A DNA stretch of 64,000 nt from Sumerlaeia bacterium (GCA_040219255.1 JAVJSW010000046.1:1-64000); one strand, 5' to 3'. Positions 18,436-30,182 are shown, counted from the stretch's first letter. Notes: generated by a model from the letters alone, not told the origin. Program-made: numbers and translations.

Positions 18436-19836
18436 TTGGACTCCGACCCTCCTAGTAAACGCTTCCCGTTTCTCCTGGTCACCCTCAGTGCCGCCGCCCC
18501 CCTGGCGATCGCGGCCCCCGCGGCGAACCAGTCCGGCACGGAGCCAGGCGATCTCTCCATGGCCTTGCCTTACGGCATTGTCACCGTGGTATTCTTTCTT
18601 GGCTGCCTCTTCTCCTCCTTGATCGAAGGCGCCATCCTGGCCAGCCTCCGCATCATGAAGGACGACCGCCGCCACGGCGAACTCCCCAAGATCCTCTTTC
18701 AACGCAAGAACTACGACATCGCCATGCTGGCGCGCCACAATCAACGGCTCGGCTGGATCGCCACCAGTTTGTTCTTCATCGCCTGCGGTGTGTCCTCCGC
18801 TCGCGCGGGGACTATGCTCTGGGCCGAATCGCCTTATTTCGGGGGCTTCCTCGTCTCGCTTCTGGTGCTACTATGCCTTTCCTTTTGCCTCGAAACGGGC
18901 GTGCGGAATCTGGCGCTCTCTCGGCCCCTCGCCGTCCTGCGCGCCGGCGCCTGGCCCTGGGCTCTGCTGACCTTGCCACTCCATCCGTTGCTGGGCTTCG
19001 GTAAAGCCATCCTCTCCCAACGCAGCCTGCGCATCATCCGCTATCAGCGTAACATGCGCGAGCTGACCCTCCTGCCCCACGTTCGCGGCGTCGTTCGCGT
19101 CTTCGAAGAAGGCGCGGTCGAAATGATGGACTCCGTTCGCGAGTTCGCCGAATCGACCGCCGAAGACATCATGACGCCCCGCACCGAGGTCGACGGCATC
19201 GCTCTCGACATGCCCCGCGAACACCTCATGAGCCGCCTTCGCGACACACCCTTCAGCCGCGTCGTCGTCTACGAGAAGAACCTCGACGAAATCGTCGGCG
19301 TTCTCCTGGCCAAGGACATCCTGCTCAACCTCCCCGCTGAGCCCTTCCAGCACCTCAAGCAACCCCTCTATGTGAACAAGGACACGCGGCTGCCATCCCT
19401 TCTGCGCCAATTGCGCCAGGCCCGCCTGCACCTCGCCGTCGTGGTCGACGAGTACGGCGGAACGGCCGGTATCGTGACCCTCCACGACCTCCTCGAGCAA
19501 CTCGTCGGCGCCTCCATCGAGGACGAACCGGACGAGGAGGAAATGCTCTGGATCGAAGTCCACGACGAAAACCGCGCCACCGTCTCCGGCCGCGTCGAAG
19601 TCTGGGAAGTCAATGAGGAACTTGACTTGAGCCTCGACGAGCGGCAGGCGCGGACGCTGGGCGGATATCTGCTTGCGCGCATCGGACGCATGCCGGAAAC
19701 GGGCGAGACCTGGAGCGTCAATGGCGGCGTCTTCCGAGTCCTCGAAGTACTGCATAGCCGCATTGTCTCCGTCGAATTCACACGCGATCCCAACGCCGTG
19801 GAAACACTGCTCCCGATGGAGCCGACGCCCTCATGA
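18436..19836 (+). CDS. Hemolysin/CNNM (CorB/TlyC-like) CBS-domain membrane protein
   Basis: TM region, IMTPRT, VVDEYGGTAGIVTLHDLLEQLVG and CorC_HlyC-like tail TLGGYL. Start uncertain. Confidence 0.85.
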   Translation: MDSDPPSKRFPFLLVTLSAAAPLAIAAPAANQSGTEPGDLSMALPYGIVTVVFFLGCLFSSLIEGAILASLRIMKDDRRHGELPKILFQRKNYDIAMLARHNQRLGWIATSLFFIACGVSSARAGTMLWAESPYFGGFLVSLLVLLCLSFCLETGVRNLALSRPLAVLRAGAWPWALLTLPLHPLLGFGKAILSQRSLRIIRYQRNMRELTLLPHVRGVVRVFEEGAVEMMDSVREFAESTAEDIMTPRTEVDGIALDMPREHLMSRLRDTPFSRVVVYEKNLDEIVGVLLAKDILLNLPAEPFQHLKQPLYVNKDTRLPSLLRQLRQARLHLAVVVDEYGGTAGIVTLHDLLEQLVGASIEDEPDEEEMLWIEVHDENRATVSGRVEVWEVNEELDLSLDERQARTLGGYLLARIGRMPETGETWSVNGGVFRVLEVLHSRIVSVEFTRDPNAVETLLPMEPTPS

Positions 19837-21197
19837 TCCTCTGGGAAGCCTGCCTCTTCGCCCTTCTTCTCATCGGCCTCGCGATCCGTATCAGCAGCGA
19901 AGTGATGGAATCGCGCTTCGTCTTTCTCGCCGATAGTTTCTTCAGCCACGAAGAGGAAAACCCCCACGACCGCCGCACCGTCGCCACGCTGATCGAGCGC
20001 ACCCGCATGGTCATCAGTGCGCTCAAGCTGACGCGGATCTCCTCGCTCATCTTCATCATTCCCTCCTTCGTGCTGCTCATGGCGCACGGGTGGGACATGA
20101 TCCTGCCCGAGGATGGCGGCCCCCTCGTGCGCGTTTTGACGGACCTCTCCATCCTCATCGCTCTCGCCGCGATTCTTTTCGCCACAACCCTCAGTTCCAT
20201 CCTCACCGGCTCGAAACAGGCACGCCCCGAACTGGGCTTCGAACCCCCCGAGTGGCTCATCGACGAAAAGCGCGCCGTCCCAACTCTTGTGGTCGCCGGG
20301 TGGCTCGCCTGGGAACGGGGCGTTCAGAGCGTCGACCGCTTCCTCAAGCCCTTCGACCTCTCCCGCCCGCCTGCCCATCTCTTCGAGGAAGACGGCGAAA
20401 TCCACCTGGAAGTGGAAACCGTCGCCGCCGTCGAAGAAGACACCCGCAAGAACAACGGGAATGGATCGCCCAACGAGGAACGCAGCGAAGTCGACATGAT
20501 CCGCGCGATCCAGCGCCTCGACGACACCCTCGTCCGAGAAGTCATGCGCCCCATCAATCAGGTCACCGCCATCCGCCTGAAAGACTACGATGTGCCCTCG
20601 CTCCTCAGTCTGGCCCGCCGCACCGGCTTCACCCGCATTCCCTGCTATGAGGACCAGATCACCAACCTGCGCGGATACATCAACATCTACGATATCCTGG
20701 AGGAAGGAGAGGACAACGTCGGCAGCTTGCGCGAACTCATCACCGAACCCCTCTTCGTCCCCGAGGTCGCGCGCGTCGACCGCCTCCTGAACGAGATGAT
20801 TACCCGCAAGCAGCAGACAGCCATCGTGTTCGACGAATTCGGCGGCACCTCCGGCTGGGTCACGCGCGAAGACATTCTCGAAGAAATCGTCGGCGAAATC
20901 GAAGACGAATACGACAAACCACGCCGCAAGTTGCGCCCCACCGGATCCGGCTATCTCGTCGATCCTGCCGTTGACCTCGACGACTTGCTCGATGAAATCG
21001 GTATCGACCTGCCGAAACGCAACTGCGACACCATCGCCGGCTACGTTTACAACCGCCTCGGCCGCTCGCCCCATCGCGGCGAAACCCTCGAGGCCGGCGA
21101 CTGGATCATCGAAGTCACCGCCGTCGTGAATCACCGCATCCGCCGCATCAAGATCAGCCCCATCCCGCAAGACGAAAGCGAGCAACGCGACGACTGA
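19833..21197 (+). CDS. Second hemolysin/CNNM CBS-domain protein
   Basis: VREVMRP, TRIPCY, DEFGGTSGWVTREDILEEIVGEIEDEYD and DTIAGY. Confidence 0.87.
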   Translation: MILWEACLFALLLIGLAIRISSEVMESRFVFLADSFFSHEEENPHDRRTVATLIERTRMVISALKLTRISSLIFIIPSFVLLMAHGWDMILPEDGGPLVRVLTDLSILIALAAILFATTLSSILTGSKQARPELGFEPPEWLIDEKRAVPTLVVAGWLAWERGVQSVDRFLKPFDLSRPPAHLFEEDGEIHLEVETVAAVEEDTRKNNGNGSPNEERSEVDMIRAIQRLDDTLVREVMRPINQVTAIRLKDYDVPSLLSLARRTGFTRIPCYEDQITNLRGYINIYDILEEGEDNVGSLRELITEPLFVPEVARVDRLLNEMITRKQQTAIVFDEFGGTSGWVTREDILEEIVGEIEDEYDKPRRKLRPTGSGYLVDPAVDLDDLLDEIGIDLPKRNCDTIAGYVYNRLGRSPHRGETLEAGDWIIEVTAVVNHRIRRIKISPIPQDESEQRDD

Positions 21198-22069
21198 TGT
21201 TTGGCCAAGTCCTCAAGCAGTGGTTCTGGGACTGCTACGACCATCTGGGACGCCTCCTGGCCCTCAATCTCGTCCTGTTTTTCCTGTTCCTTCCCGTCGC
21301 CCTCTATTCGGCCTCCACCGGCCTGCAGATCGCCGGAAATCTGCCACCCGCCACGGCCATTCTGCTCATCTGCGCCGCGCTCATCGTCCTCGTTCCGCTC
21401 GTCGGAACCCTCTGGTTCGGCGCCCTCCTCCCCTTCGCCGGCCAAGTTTCCCAGGAAAAAGACCCGCCATTCCGCTATGCCCTGACCGGCTTGAAGATGG
21501 CCTGGGGCCGTCTCGCCCGTTTCTTTCTTCTGACGGGCAGTACCTTCGCCATTCTGCTTCTCAACCTCTGGTTTTATTTCAGTGGCACCGCCTTCTCCGG
21601 CGCCATGCCCGTCCTAACATCCATACTCGGCGGCCTCTGCCTTTGGCTCATCGCCCTGCTGGCGCTCGTCACCGGCCACGCCCTGCCGCTGTTGGTGCGC
21701 CAGAATCGAGGCGCGCTCTCCGCCTTGAAAGTCGGTTTTCTGCTGACGGCCAAGTACCCCCTCCTCACCATCGGCGCCGGTCTGTTCCTCGCGAGCCTTT
21801 GGGTCATCGGAACGGCCCTGCGCTTCGTGGGAGTCATCGGCTTCGCCTTCAGCGGCACCGCTCTCTTCCTCAACAGCCTGCACGACGTCATCCTCGAGGC
21901 GGAAAGCCGCCAGTTGACCCGCGACCCAGCGGCGGAGAACGACCCAGAGGAACGGCCCACCTCCTGGCGCGAAATCCGTGAGGCGGAAAATCAGACGGAA
22001 GACGAGCGAATCAAGAAAGCCCGCTATGAACGCTCGTTTCGCGACATCCTCCGGCCCTGGGAAGATTAG
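21197..22069 (+). CDS. Integral membrane protein (DUF624/YesL-like)
   Basis: About five or six hydrophobic segments. Start overlaps the upstream stop. Confidence 0.6.
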   Translation: MFGQVLKQWFWDCYDHLGRLLALNLVLFFLFLPVALYSASTGLQIAGNLPPATAILLICAALIVLVPLVGTLWFGALLPFAGQVSQEKDPPFRYALTGLKMAWGRLARFFLLTGSTFAILLLNLWFYFSGTAFSGAMPVLTSILGGLCLWLIALLALVTGHALPLLVRQNRGALSALKVGFLLTAKYPLLTIGAGLFLASLWVIGTALRFVGVIGFAFSGTALFLNSLHDVILEAESRQLTRDPAAENDPEERPTSWREIREAENQTEDERIKKARYERSFRDILRPWED

Positions 22070-22159
22070 GTGCAAATACGATCACGATTGTCCTTGACTC
22101 ACGAGGGATTACGGCATGGAATAGTTTAAACGAGATAACTTTGGTCTGGTTTGTCTGTC

Positions 22160-22678
22160 ATGCTCACACGAACTTCTGAAATCGCCATCCGATCCCTCAT
22201 CTACCTCGGTCTTTGCCAGGATCAGGAACCCGTCTCACCGCGGACCGTCGCCGACGCCATCGGCGAGTCGCCGACCTATATGGCTAAGGTCGCCGGAATG
22301 TTGACCCGCGCGCACATCCTTCGGGCTCACCGGGGTGCCAACGGCGGAGTAACCCTCGCCCGCAGGCCCGAGGACATCACCATCCTCAACATCGTCGAGG
22401 CCTGCCAGGGCCTCCTCGTGGGGAACTACTGCGAATCCATCTCCGAACATCCGGAGCCGGTTTGCTCCTTTCACCAGGCCATGGTGGAAGTCCATTCCGC
22501 CACCGTCGCCGTCCTCAAGCGCTGGACGCTGGCCCGCCTGATGGAACGTCCCGGCCCCCACCCGGAACTGGGCAAGGAGATCACCTGCCGCATCGCCCTC
22601 GGGTGGATGGTGGAAGAGGGGCATGCCTGCCACTGTCAACCCGTCAACGGGTCCGGCCCGAAGCACGGCGACAACTAA
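22160..22678 (+). CDS. Rrf2-family transcriptional regulator
   Basis: AIRSLIYL, RGANGGVTLARRPEDITILNIVEA and Cys/His cluster C...C...CSFH. Confidence 0.92.
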   Translation: MLTRTSEIAIRSLIYLGLCQDQEPVSPRTVADAIGESPTYMAKVAGMLTRAHILRAHRGANGGVTLARRPEDITILNIVEACQGLLVGNYCESISEHPEPVCSFHQAMVEVHSATVAVLKRWTLARLMERPGPHPELGKEITCRIALGWMVEEGHACHCQPVNGSGPKHGDN

Positions 22679-22777
22679 GCTCTAACTCCGAAACAACCAG
22701 TATCAAAGCAATCTCGCAGCGCCCTCTTCAGGGGGCGCGAAGCTTATTCCGCGTCTTGATTGGAGGGTATGCACGCC

Positions 22778-24286
22778 ATGGAATGGTTCGATCCGGTGAT
22801 CCTGTCCCGGCTGCAATTTGCGTTCACGGTGATGTTCCACTACATCTATCCGCCGCTCAGCATCGGTCTCGGAGTCATTATCGTCATCATGGAAGCCTTG
22901 TGGCTCAAGACGAACGACCCCGTTTATGAAAACATGACGAAATTCTGGGTGAAGGTTTTCGCCCTGACCTTCGCGCTCGGCGTCGCCACAGGCATCGTGA
23001 TGGAATTCCAGTTCGGCATGAATTGGTCGACCTATTCCCGCTTCGTCGGCGATGTCTTTGGCTCCGCCCTTGCCGCGGAGGGCATCTTCGCCTTCTTCCT
23101 CGAATCCGGTTTCCTCGCGGTGCTCGTCTTCGGCTGGGACAAGGTCAGCAAGAAAATGCACTTCTTCAGCACCCTGATGGTCTCCCTCGGCTCGATGTTC
23201 TCGGCCGTCTGGATCGTCGTCGCCAATAGCTGGCAGCAGACCCCCGCCGGCTATCGGCTGGTCATGCGCGACATCACCAGTGGCAACGAAGTCCCCATTC
23301 CGGAAGGCTTTGTCGCCACCGGCGCCGTCATCGATCAGTTCCAGGTGCGGGCTGAAATCCTCGATTTCTGGCAATTGCTCTTCAATCCCTCCTCCGTCTC
23401 GCGCATTCTCCATGTGCTCGGCGGCGCCTGGCTCTTGGGCGGCTTTGTCGTGATGAGCATCTGCGCGTTCTACATCCTCAAGGGCCGCCATCTCGAATTC
23501 GCCCGGCGCGGATTCCGTATCGCGTTGATCCTGGCGACCTTCGCCTCACTCTTCCAACTCTTCCTCGGCCACCTCAGCGCCGAAGTCGTGGCCGAACACC
23601 AACCCGCCAAACTGGCCGCCATGGAAGGCGTCTTCACCACCGAGGATGGCAAAGGCACCGCCGCCTACCTCCTCGGTTGGCCCAGCGAATCCGCAGGCAA
23701 GACCATCGGCATCCCCGTTCCAGGCCTCCTGAGCTTTCTCGTCCACCGCGACTTCAACGAACCGGTCACCGGTCTCGATCGAATTCCCCGCGACGAGTGG
23801 CCGATGGTCAATATGACCTTTCAGAACTATCACATTATGGTGGCTCTCGGCATGTTGTTTATCGCCGTGACCCTGTATAGCTGCTATCTGTGGTGGCGCG
23901 GGACATTGTTCGAAAAACGCTGGCTCATGTGGTTCTATGTGTTTGGCGCGATCCTGCCCTACATCGCGAATTACGCCGGCTGGATCACCGCCGAAGTCGG
24001 CCGCCAACCCTGGGTCGTTTACGGTCTCCTCCGAACGGAGGATGGCGTCAGCAGCTCTGTCAGCGCCGGCGAAGTCTTCGCCTCGCTGATCATGTTCACA
24101 CTCCTCTATTCGCTCCTCTTCGCCTTGTTCATCTACGTCTTGAACAAGAAGATTCAGCACGGACCCGACGACACGACACCGGCGCTTCGCGGCGTGCATC
24201 GCCAGGAAGAATTGAAGGCGGTTCTTTCCGCCGCTTCCTCCGCGAAGACGAAGGGAAAAGACAACACCCAGGAGGCCAGCGCCTGA
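22778..24286 (+). CDS. cydA: Cytochrome bd ubiquinol oxidase subunit I
   Basis: [31 protein letters not shown] and EVGRQPWVV. Confidence 0.97.
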   Translation: MEWFDPVILSRLQFAFTVMFHYIYPPLSIGLGVIIVIMEALWLKTNDPVYENMTKFWVKVFALTFALGVATGIVMEFQFGMNWSTYSRFVGDVFGSALAAEGIFAFFLESGFLAVLVFGWDKVSKKMHFFSTLMVSLGSMFSAVWIVVANSWQQTPAGYRLVMRDITSGNEVPIPEGFVATGAVIDQFQVRAEILDFWQLLFNPSSVSRILHVLGGAWLLGGFVVMSICAFYILKGRHLEFARRGFRIALILATFASLFQLFLGHLSAEVVAEHQPAKLAAMEGVFTTEDGKGTAAYLLGWPSESAGKTIGIPVPGLLSFLVHRDFNEPVTGLDRIPRDEWPMVNMTFQNYHIMVALGMLFIAVTLYSCYLWWRGTLFEKRWLMWFYVFGAILPYIANYAGWITAEVGRQPWVVYGLLRTEDGVSSSVSAGEVFASLIMFTLLYSLLFALFIYVLNKKIQHGPDDTTPALRGVHRQEELKAVLSAASSAKTKGKDNTQEASA

Positions 24287-25320
24287 TGTTAGAAATGATT
24301 GATCTCAACATTATCTGGTATCTTCTGCTCGGATTTCTGATTTGCGGTTACGCCGTTCTCGACGGCTTCGATTTGGGCGTCGGTGTCTTGCACCTTTTCG
24401 CCAAAGGCGATGTGGAACGCCGCGCCATGATGCACAGTATCGGTCCCGTCTGGGACGGTAACGAAGTCTGGCTCGTGGTGGCTGGCGGTTCGCTCTTCGC
24501 CATGTTCCCCAATGCCTATGCGACGGCCTTCTCCGGGTTCTATATTCCCTTCGTGGCCTTGCTCTTCATGTTGATTTTTCGGGCCGTCTCCCTGGAATTC
24601 CGCGACAAGGAAACGATGCCCTGGTGGCGCAAGATGTGGGATTTCGGCTTCTTTCTCAGCAGCACCGTCGCCGCTCTGCTCTTTGGTGTCGCCATTGGCG
24701 ATCTTGTCATGGGATTGCCGATCGGCGCCGACATGGAATATCAAGGAACGGTTCTCAACCTCGTTCATCCCTATTCCCTCACCACTGGCATCCTGACCGT
24801 GGTGATGTTCGCGATGCACGGCGCTCTCTACATCAATTTGAAGACGGAAGGCCCCATCCGCGACAAGGCCGTTGGCTGGTTCTGGAAGGCCTTCTTCGCC
24901 TTCCTCGCCCTTTGGGCCGTCGTTACCGTCTGGACCCTCGTCAAAGTTCCCACCATGATCGCCAACTTCGGCGACGTCTGGCCCATGTGGGGCTTCGCCA
25001 TTCTGACCATTATGGCCATCGCGAACATCCCGCGGTGCGTGAAGAAGGGGCTTCCTTTCCGCGCCTTCGTCTCCTCCGGCTGTGTCATTATCGGACTCGT
25101 CTTCTTGTTCGGTATGGGAATTTACCCGAACATGATCCCCTCGAGCATCGACCCAGCCTACAACCTCACCATCTACAACACCGCGTCGTCCCAGACCACT
25201 CTCGCGATCGGGCTCTTGATGGTTCTCATCGGCATTCCGTTTGTCGCCAGCTACACCGGCGCCATCTATTGGGTCTTCCGTGGCCGCGTCTCAGGAGAGA
25301 TTGAAGGCGCGGGCTACTGA
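24286..25320 (+). CDS. cydB: Cytochrome bd ubiquinol oxidase subunit II
   Basis: YAVLDGFDLGVG, IGPVWDGNEVWL and RAVSLEFR. ATG overlaps the cydA TGA. Confidence 0.97.
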   Translation: MLEMIDLNIIWYLLLGFLICGYAVLDGFDLGVGVLHLFAKGDVERRAMMHSIGPVWDGNEVWLVVAGGSLFAMFPNAYATAFSGFYIPFVALLFMLIFRAVSLEFRDKETMPWWRKMWDFGFFLSSTVAALLFGVAIGDLVMGLPIGADMEYQGTVLNLVHPYSLTTGILTVVMFAMHGALYINLKTEGPIRDKAVGWFWKAFFAFLALWAVVTVWTLVKVPTMIANFGDVWPMWGFAILTIMAIANIPRCVKKGLPFRAFVSSGCVIIGLVFLFGMGIYPNMIPSSIDPAYNLTIYNTASSQTTLAIGLLMVLIGIPFVASYTGAIYWVFRGRVSGEIEGAGY

Positions 25321-25325
25321 TTGGC

Positions 25326-27242
25326 TTAGTGGCCCACACCCACCTGCTTACGGAGTTTCGCCGGCAGAATCTTCAACTGCTCGCGGTACTTCGCGACGGT
25401 TCGCCGCGCGATCTGAATCCCCTTTTCGCGCAGCATGTCCGCAATCTTCTGATCCGAGAGCGGATGCTCCAGATCTTCCTCCTCAATCATTTTCGTCAGC
25501 ATCTCTTTGATCGAACGACTCGACGCGTCTTCGCCGCTATCGGTCTCCAAACCGCTCGAGAAAAAGAACTTCAACTCGAAAATGCCCCGCGGAGTCTCGA
25601 CATACTTCCCGGTCGTTACGCGGGCGATGGTCGATTCGTGCATCCCAACGACTTCAGCGATGTTCCGCAGCGTCAACGGATGCAGGTGCTCGATCCCCTT
25701 CTCCAGGAAATCGTGCTGATAATTCATGATCGCTTCCGTCACGCGAAGCACCGTCGACTTCCGCTTCTCAATATTCTTGATCAGCCAAACCGCATTCTTG
25801 TACTTCTCGTGGGCGTATTGCGCCTGATTCTGATCGTGCATGCCGTTGCCATTTTTCTCCGCATGCGCCGCCGCCGCCCGGCGATGTTTGTCCACCACCA
25901 TGCGCCGGTAATTCGAAGCGATCCGCAACCGGCTCGCGTCGCCCTCGTTCAAGAAATACATATACTTCCCGTCCACCTTCTTCACATAGACGTCCGGCGT
26001 AATGTATCGGGGCGAATCCTTCGTCTGCGAACGTCCCGGAAGCGGCTCCAGGTGGGAAATCAAATGGAACACATCGACGACTTCCTCTTCCGGAACTCCG
26101 ATGGCCCGGGCGATGTCGCGGAATTTCTTCTGCTGCAAATCCTTCAAATGATCGTCGAGAATCCGATAGAGCAGCCGGTTGCGAATGCCCTGCTCCTCGC
26201 ACTGCAAGCGCAAGCACTCCGCCAAATCCCGCGCGCCCACGCCAGTCGGTTCGAAATCTTGAATCACCTCCAGAACATCGAACACCGTTTGCGCGTCCGT
26301 CTTCATCCGGAAGGCCACGCAATCGAGCACCAATTCGGTCGCCGGCTTCTCCAGCGCCTCCTCCACCCGCATTCCAATGCGCCGCGCGATCAGCGACGTC
26401 AGCAGCTCGCGCCGCGTCATGGCCATCGCCTCGTCCGCCGTGATCCGCAGGTACTTCGCCGCCAGCGACGCCACCAACTGCTTGCGGCTCAGTTGCTTCA
26501 GGTGGTCTTCCTCGCGCTCCGGATTCAGCTTCATGAGCGTTCGGCGCAGGTTCGCTTCGCTGTTCGTCCCGCCCTTTAGATCGATCAGGTCGGGGGAATA
26601 GCCCACGATCTGAGCCAGATTCTCCAACCCGCAGGCCAGGAACCCATTCTCGTCCAGATTGCCGATGATGAACTCGCCGATTTCCGTTTCCCGGTCGTCC
26701 AGCACCGACAGATGCAACTGCCTCATCAGGTTGTCGTAGAGGTTCTCCTGCAGCGCCGTATAGGTCGTGAAGTCGTGCTCCTCCTGATCCTCGCGGACCG
26801 ACCCGTAGGACGTCGTGTCGGAGTCGGAAAATTCCGTGTTCCAATCGACATCGTTCTGGTCGAAGGTCTCGAAATCCTCCGAATACTCGTCCTTCTCCTC
26901 CGGCAGCATGTCGTCGTTATCCTGAGCCCGTTCCGGTTCGCGCTCGTCAGCCTCGCGCTCGACCGACTCGTCGTCGTGCTGCTTGGCGCGCTCCTGATCC
27001 GAGAGGCCCGAATCGTCAGCCAATGGGTCTCCGCCATCCGTGTCTTTCGATTGATCCTGCTCGCTGCGAAGATCCTCTTCGTCATCGGACATTTCGAGGA
27101 ACGGATTCTCGAGCATTTCATCGTGGATCATCTGCTCAAGCTCCATCGAGTTGAGCTGCAGCAGTTGGATCGACTGCTGCATTTGCGGCGTCATGATCAG
27201 TTTTTGAGTTTGCTTCAGGACCTGTTGAAGAGATAAAGACAT
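25326..27242 (-). CDS. rpoN: RNA polymerase sigma-54 factor with an internal insertion
   Basis: Gln-rich region I, PTGVGARDLAECL, HESTIAR and RpoN box ARRTVAKYRE. Confidence 0.97.
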   Translation of the reverse strand: MSLSLQQVLKQTQKLIMTPQMQQSIQLLQLNSMELEQMIHDEMLENPFLEMSDDEEDLRSEQDQSKDTDGGDPLADDSGLSDQERAKQHDDESVEREADEREPERAQDNDDMLPEEKDEYSEDFETFDQNDVDWNTEFSDSDTTSYGSVREDQEEHDFTTYTALQENLYDNLMRQLHLSVLDDRETEIGEFIIGNLDENGFLACGLENLAQIVGYSPDLIDLKGGTNSEANLRRTLMKLNPEREEDHLKQLSRKQLVASLAAKYLRITADEAMAMTRRELLTSLIARRIGMRVEEALEKPATELVLDCVAFRMKTDAQTVFDVLEVIQDFEPTGVGARDLAECLRLQCEEQGIRNRLLYRILDDHLKDLQQKKFRDIARAIGVPEEEVVDVFHLISHLEPLPGRSQTKDSPRYITPDVYVKKVDGKYMYFLNEGDASRLRIASNYRRMVVDKHRRAAAAHAEKNGNGMHDQNQAQYAHEKYKNAVWLIKNIEKRKSTVLRVTEAIMNYQHDFLEKGIEHLHPLTLRNIAEVVGMHESTIARVTTGKYVETPRGIFELKFFFSSGLETDSGEDASSRSIKEMLTKMIEEEDLEHPLSDQKIADMLREKGIQIARRTVAKYREQLKILPAKLRKQVGVGH

Positions 27243-27518
27243 GAAATAATCTTACCTTTCGAGCGGCGTCGCGGCGCGGGCCGGAGGGCGAAGGGGAGAG
27301 GGAATCGTTATCGATGTGTGCGCTTGTTCGTACACCTTAGCAAGAATCAGTCACAACTTCTGGTACATACCTAGCTAGCCAGCCCTCCGACGTCAAGACC
27401 TTCCGGGCAAAATCTTCTGAAAATTCTTGCAAATCCTTGAAAAAAAACAGCTTGAAAATGAGGAGGGGCGGGCATGCAGACCAAAAACTCCCCTCACTTT
27501 TTTTCTCAAGCTCCTCGA

Positions 27519-30182
27519 TCACAGACCCAAAGGCTCGGATTTTTCCTCGTCCGGCGCCAAATCTTCGTCGCGGCTTTCGTCGCCGCACGACAATTTCAGC
27601 CCGCTGCTGCCGGTGCGGATTGTCACGCGAGCCCCATCGCCGATTTCGCCCGCGATGATCCCCCGCGCCAGCTTCGTTTCCACCTCGCGCTGCAAGAACC
27701 GCTTCAGCGGCCGCGCCCCGTAAACCGGGTCGTAGCCCTCGCGCGCGATGAAGCGCTTGGCCGGCTCCGACAGCTCCAGCGTGATCCGCCGGTCCGCCAG
27801 CCGCTGCCGCAGATCGTCGAGCAGCAGCTCCGCGATCCGGGCTATTTGCCCCATCCGCAGCGGCGTGAAGAGCACGATGTCGTCCACGCGGTTCAGGAAT
27901 TCCGGCCGGAACCCCGCTCGCAATTCCCGCATCACCGCGTCGCGCGCCTCATCCTTGATGACGCCGTTCTCGATGCCCTCCAGCAAATGCGGCGCGCCGA
28001 TGTTGCTGGTCATGATAATGACCGTGTTCTTGAAGTTCACGGTGCGCCCGTGGCTGTCGGTCACGCGGCCATCGTCAAGGATCTGCAGCAGCACGTTGAA
28101 GGCGTCCGGGTGAGCCTTTTCGATCTCGTCGAAGAGGATCACGCTGTAGGGCTTGCGCCGCACCGCCTCGGTCAATTGACCCCCTTCCTCGAACCCGACG
28201 TACCCGGGAGGCGCGCCGATCAGGCGGCTCACGGCGTGCTTCTCCATGTATTCGCTCATGTCGATGCGAACCATGTTGTCCTCGCTGTCGAACAACGCCT
28301 CGGCCAGGGCCTTGGCCAGCTCGGTCTTGCCGACGCCCGTCGGGCCCAGGAAAATGAACGATCCGATGGGCCGCGCCGGGTCCTTGATGCCCGCCCGGGC
28401 GCGCAGCACGGCGTCGGTGACGAGGCGCACCGCTTCGTCCTGGCCGACGACGCGGTCGTGCAGCGTGTCTTCCAATCGCAGCAGCTTTTCGCGCTCGCCC
28501 TCCACCAGCCGCGACACCGGGATGCCGGTCCATCGCGCCACGATTTCGGCGATTTCTTCCTCCGTCACTTCTTCGCGCAGCAGCCGCCCGGCGCCGCCCT
28601 GCTCCTGCTTGGCGCGCTCGGCGGCCTCCAGCTCCTTCAGCTTCGCCTCCAGATTCGGCAGGCGCCCATGGCGCAGCTCGGCGGCTTTGTTCAGGTCGTA
28701 ATCGCGCTCGGCTTTCTCCATTTCGCGGCGCGTTTGCTCCAGCTCCTCGCGGACCTGCTGCACCGCCTGGATGCCTTGCTTTTCTTCGTCGTATTGCGCC
28801 CGCAGCGTGTCCGCCTCGGCCTTGGCGTCGGCCAATTCCTTGCGCAGCGCCGCCAGGCGCTCCTGGCTCGCCGCGTCCTTCTCCTTCTTCAGGGCCGCTT
28901 CTTCCACCTCGAGCCGCATCACCCGCCGCGTCGCCGCGTCCAGCTCGGCTGGCATCGAATCGATTTCCGTGCGGATCATCGCGCAGGCTTCGTCCACCAG
29001 GTCGATGGCCTTGTCCGGCAGGAACCGGTCCGTGATGTAGCGATGGCTCAGCGCCGCCGCGCCCACGATGGCGTTGTCCTGGATGCGGACGCCGTGGTGG
29101 ACCTCGAAGCGTTCGCGCAGGCCGCGCAGGATCGAGATCGTGTCCTCAACCGTCGGCTGGTTCACCAACACCGGCTGGAACCGCCGTTCCAGGGCCTTGT
29201 CCTTCTCGATGTACTGGCGATATTCGTCCAGCGTGGTGGCTCCGATACAGCGCAGTTCGCCCCGCGCCAGCATGGGTTTCAGCATATTGCCGGCGTCCAT
29301 ACTGCCTTCCGCTTTCCCCGCGCCGACGATGGTGTGCAGTTCGTCAATGAACAGGATGATGCGGCCGTCGCTCGCCTTCACCTCGCTCAGTACCGCCTTC
29401 AGGCGCTCCTCGAACTCACCGCGGAATTTGGCGCCGGCGACCAGCGACCCCATATCCAGGGCGAAGATGACCTTGTCCTTCAGGCCCTCGGGCACGTCGC
29501 CACGCACCACGCGATGGGCCAGGCCCTCGGCGATGGCGGTCTTGCCGACGCCCGGTTCGCCGATCAGGACCGGGTTGTTTTTCGTCTTGCGCGACAAGAT
29601 TCGCACCGTGCGGCGGATTTCATCGTCGCGGCCGATCACCGGATCGAGCTTTCCGTCGCGGGCCGCCTTGACCAGATCGCGGCCGTAGCGCTCCAGCGCG
29701 TCGTAGGTCGCTACCGGGTTGGCGCTTTGCACGCGCTGATTGCCGCGCACCGCCGTCATCGCCTTCAAAAAACGATCCCGCGTCAGCCCCAGTTGCTCCA
29801 TCGCACCTTTGACTTTAGCGTCCTCCATCAGCGCCAGCATCAGGTGCTCGACGCTCACGTATTCATCCTTCAGGCGCTTCGCTTCTTTCTCCGAGTCCAA
29901 GAGCGTTTTGCTTAGGCGCTGAGTAATAAAGATCTTCCCCGGATCAAACCCCGGACCCGTTACGCGAGGGCGTTTGGCCATTTCCTTTTCGGCGGCTTTC
30001 GTCGCGCCCTCCACCGGCACATCCGCCCGCTGCAGCAGCCGCGGCACCAGGCCGTCCTCCTGTGTGATCAGCGCCACCAGCAAATGCTCGCTGTCCACCT
30101 CCTGATGGCTATGCTCCACCGCGAGGTTCTGTGCGGATTGCAGGGCTTCCTGGCTTTTCTGGGTGAGTTTGTTGATATCCAT
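27519..30182 (-). CDS. clpB: ATP-dependent disaggregase ClpB
   Basis: Two AAA+ modules ([16 protein letters not shown]), middle coiled coil and [11 protein letters not shown]. Confidence 0.97.
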   Translation of the reverse strand: MDINKLTQKSQEALQSAQNLAVEHSHQEVDSEHLLVALITQEDGLVPRLLQRADVPVEGATKAAEKEMAKRPRVTGPGFDPGKIFITQRLSKTLLDSEKEAKRLKDEYVSVEHLMLALMEDAKVKGAMEQLGLTRDRFLKAMTAVRGNQRVQSANPVATYDALERYGRDLVKAARDGKLDPVIGRDDEIRRTVRILSRKTKNNPVLIGEPGVGKTAIAEGLAHRVVRGDVPEGLKDKVIFALDMGSLVAGAKFRGEFEERLKAVLSEVKASDGRIILFIDELHTIVGAGKAEGSMDAGNMLKPMLARGELRCIGATTLDEYRQYIEKDKALERRFQPVLVNQPTVEDTISILRGLRERFEVHHGVRIQDNAIVGAAALSHRYITDRFLPDKAIDLVDEACAMIRTEIDSMPAELDAATRRVMRLEVEEAALKKEKDAASQERLAALRKELADAKAEADTLRAQYDEEKQGIQAVQQVREELEQTRREMEKAERDYDLNKAAELRHGRLPNLEAKLKELEAAERAKQEQGGAGRLLREEVTEEEIAEIVARWTGIPVSRLVEGEREKLLRLEDTLHDRVVGQDEAVRLVTDAVLRARAGIKDPARPIGSFIFLGPTGVGKTELAKALAEALFDSEDNMVRIDMSEYMEKHAVSRLIGAPPGYVGFEEGGQLTEAVRRKPYSVILFDEIEKAHPDAFNVLLQILDDGRVTDSHGRTVNFKNTVIIMTSNIGAPHLLEGIENGVIKDEARDAVMRELRAGFRPEFLNRVDDIVLFTPLRMGQIARIAELLLDDLRQRLADRRITLELSEPAKRFIAREGYDPVYGARPLKRFLQREVETKLARGIIAGEIGDGARVTIRTGSSGLKLSCGDESRDEDLAPDEEKSEPLGL

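Noticed and set aside
27474-29915. 813-aa plus-strand ORF, and similar long antisense ORFs (14963-16498, 19368-21185, 38284-40857, 54804-57017, 56892-59057)
   Set aside because: These are shadows of well-supported genes on the opposite strand. High-GC codon bias removes antisense stops, and they carry no recognisable motifs.
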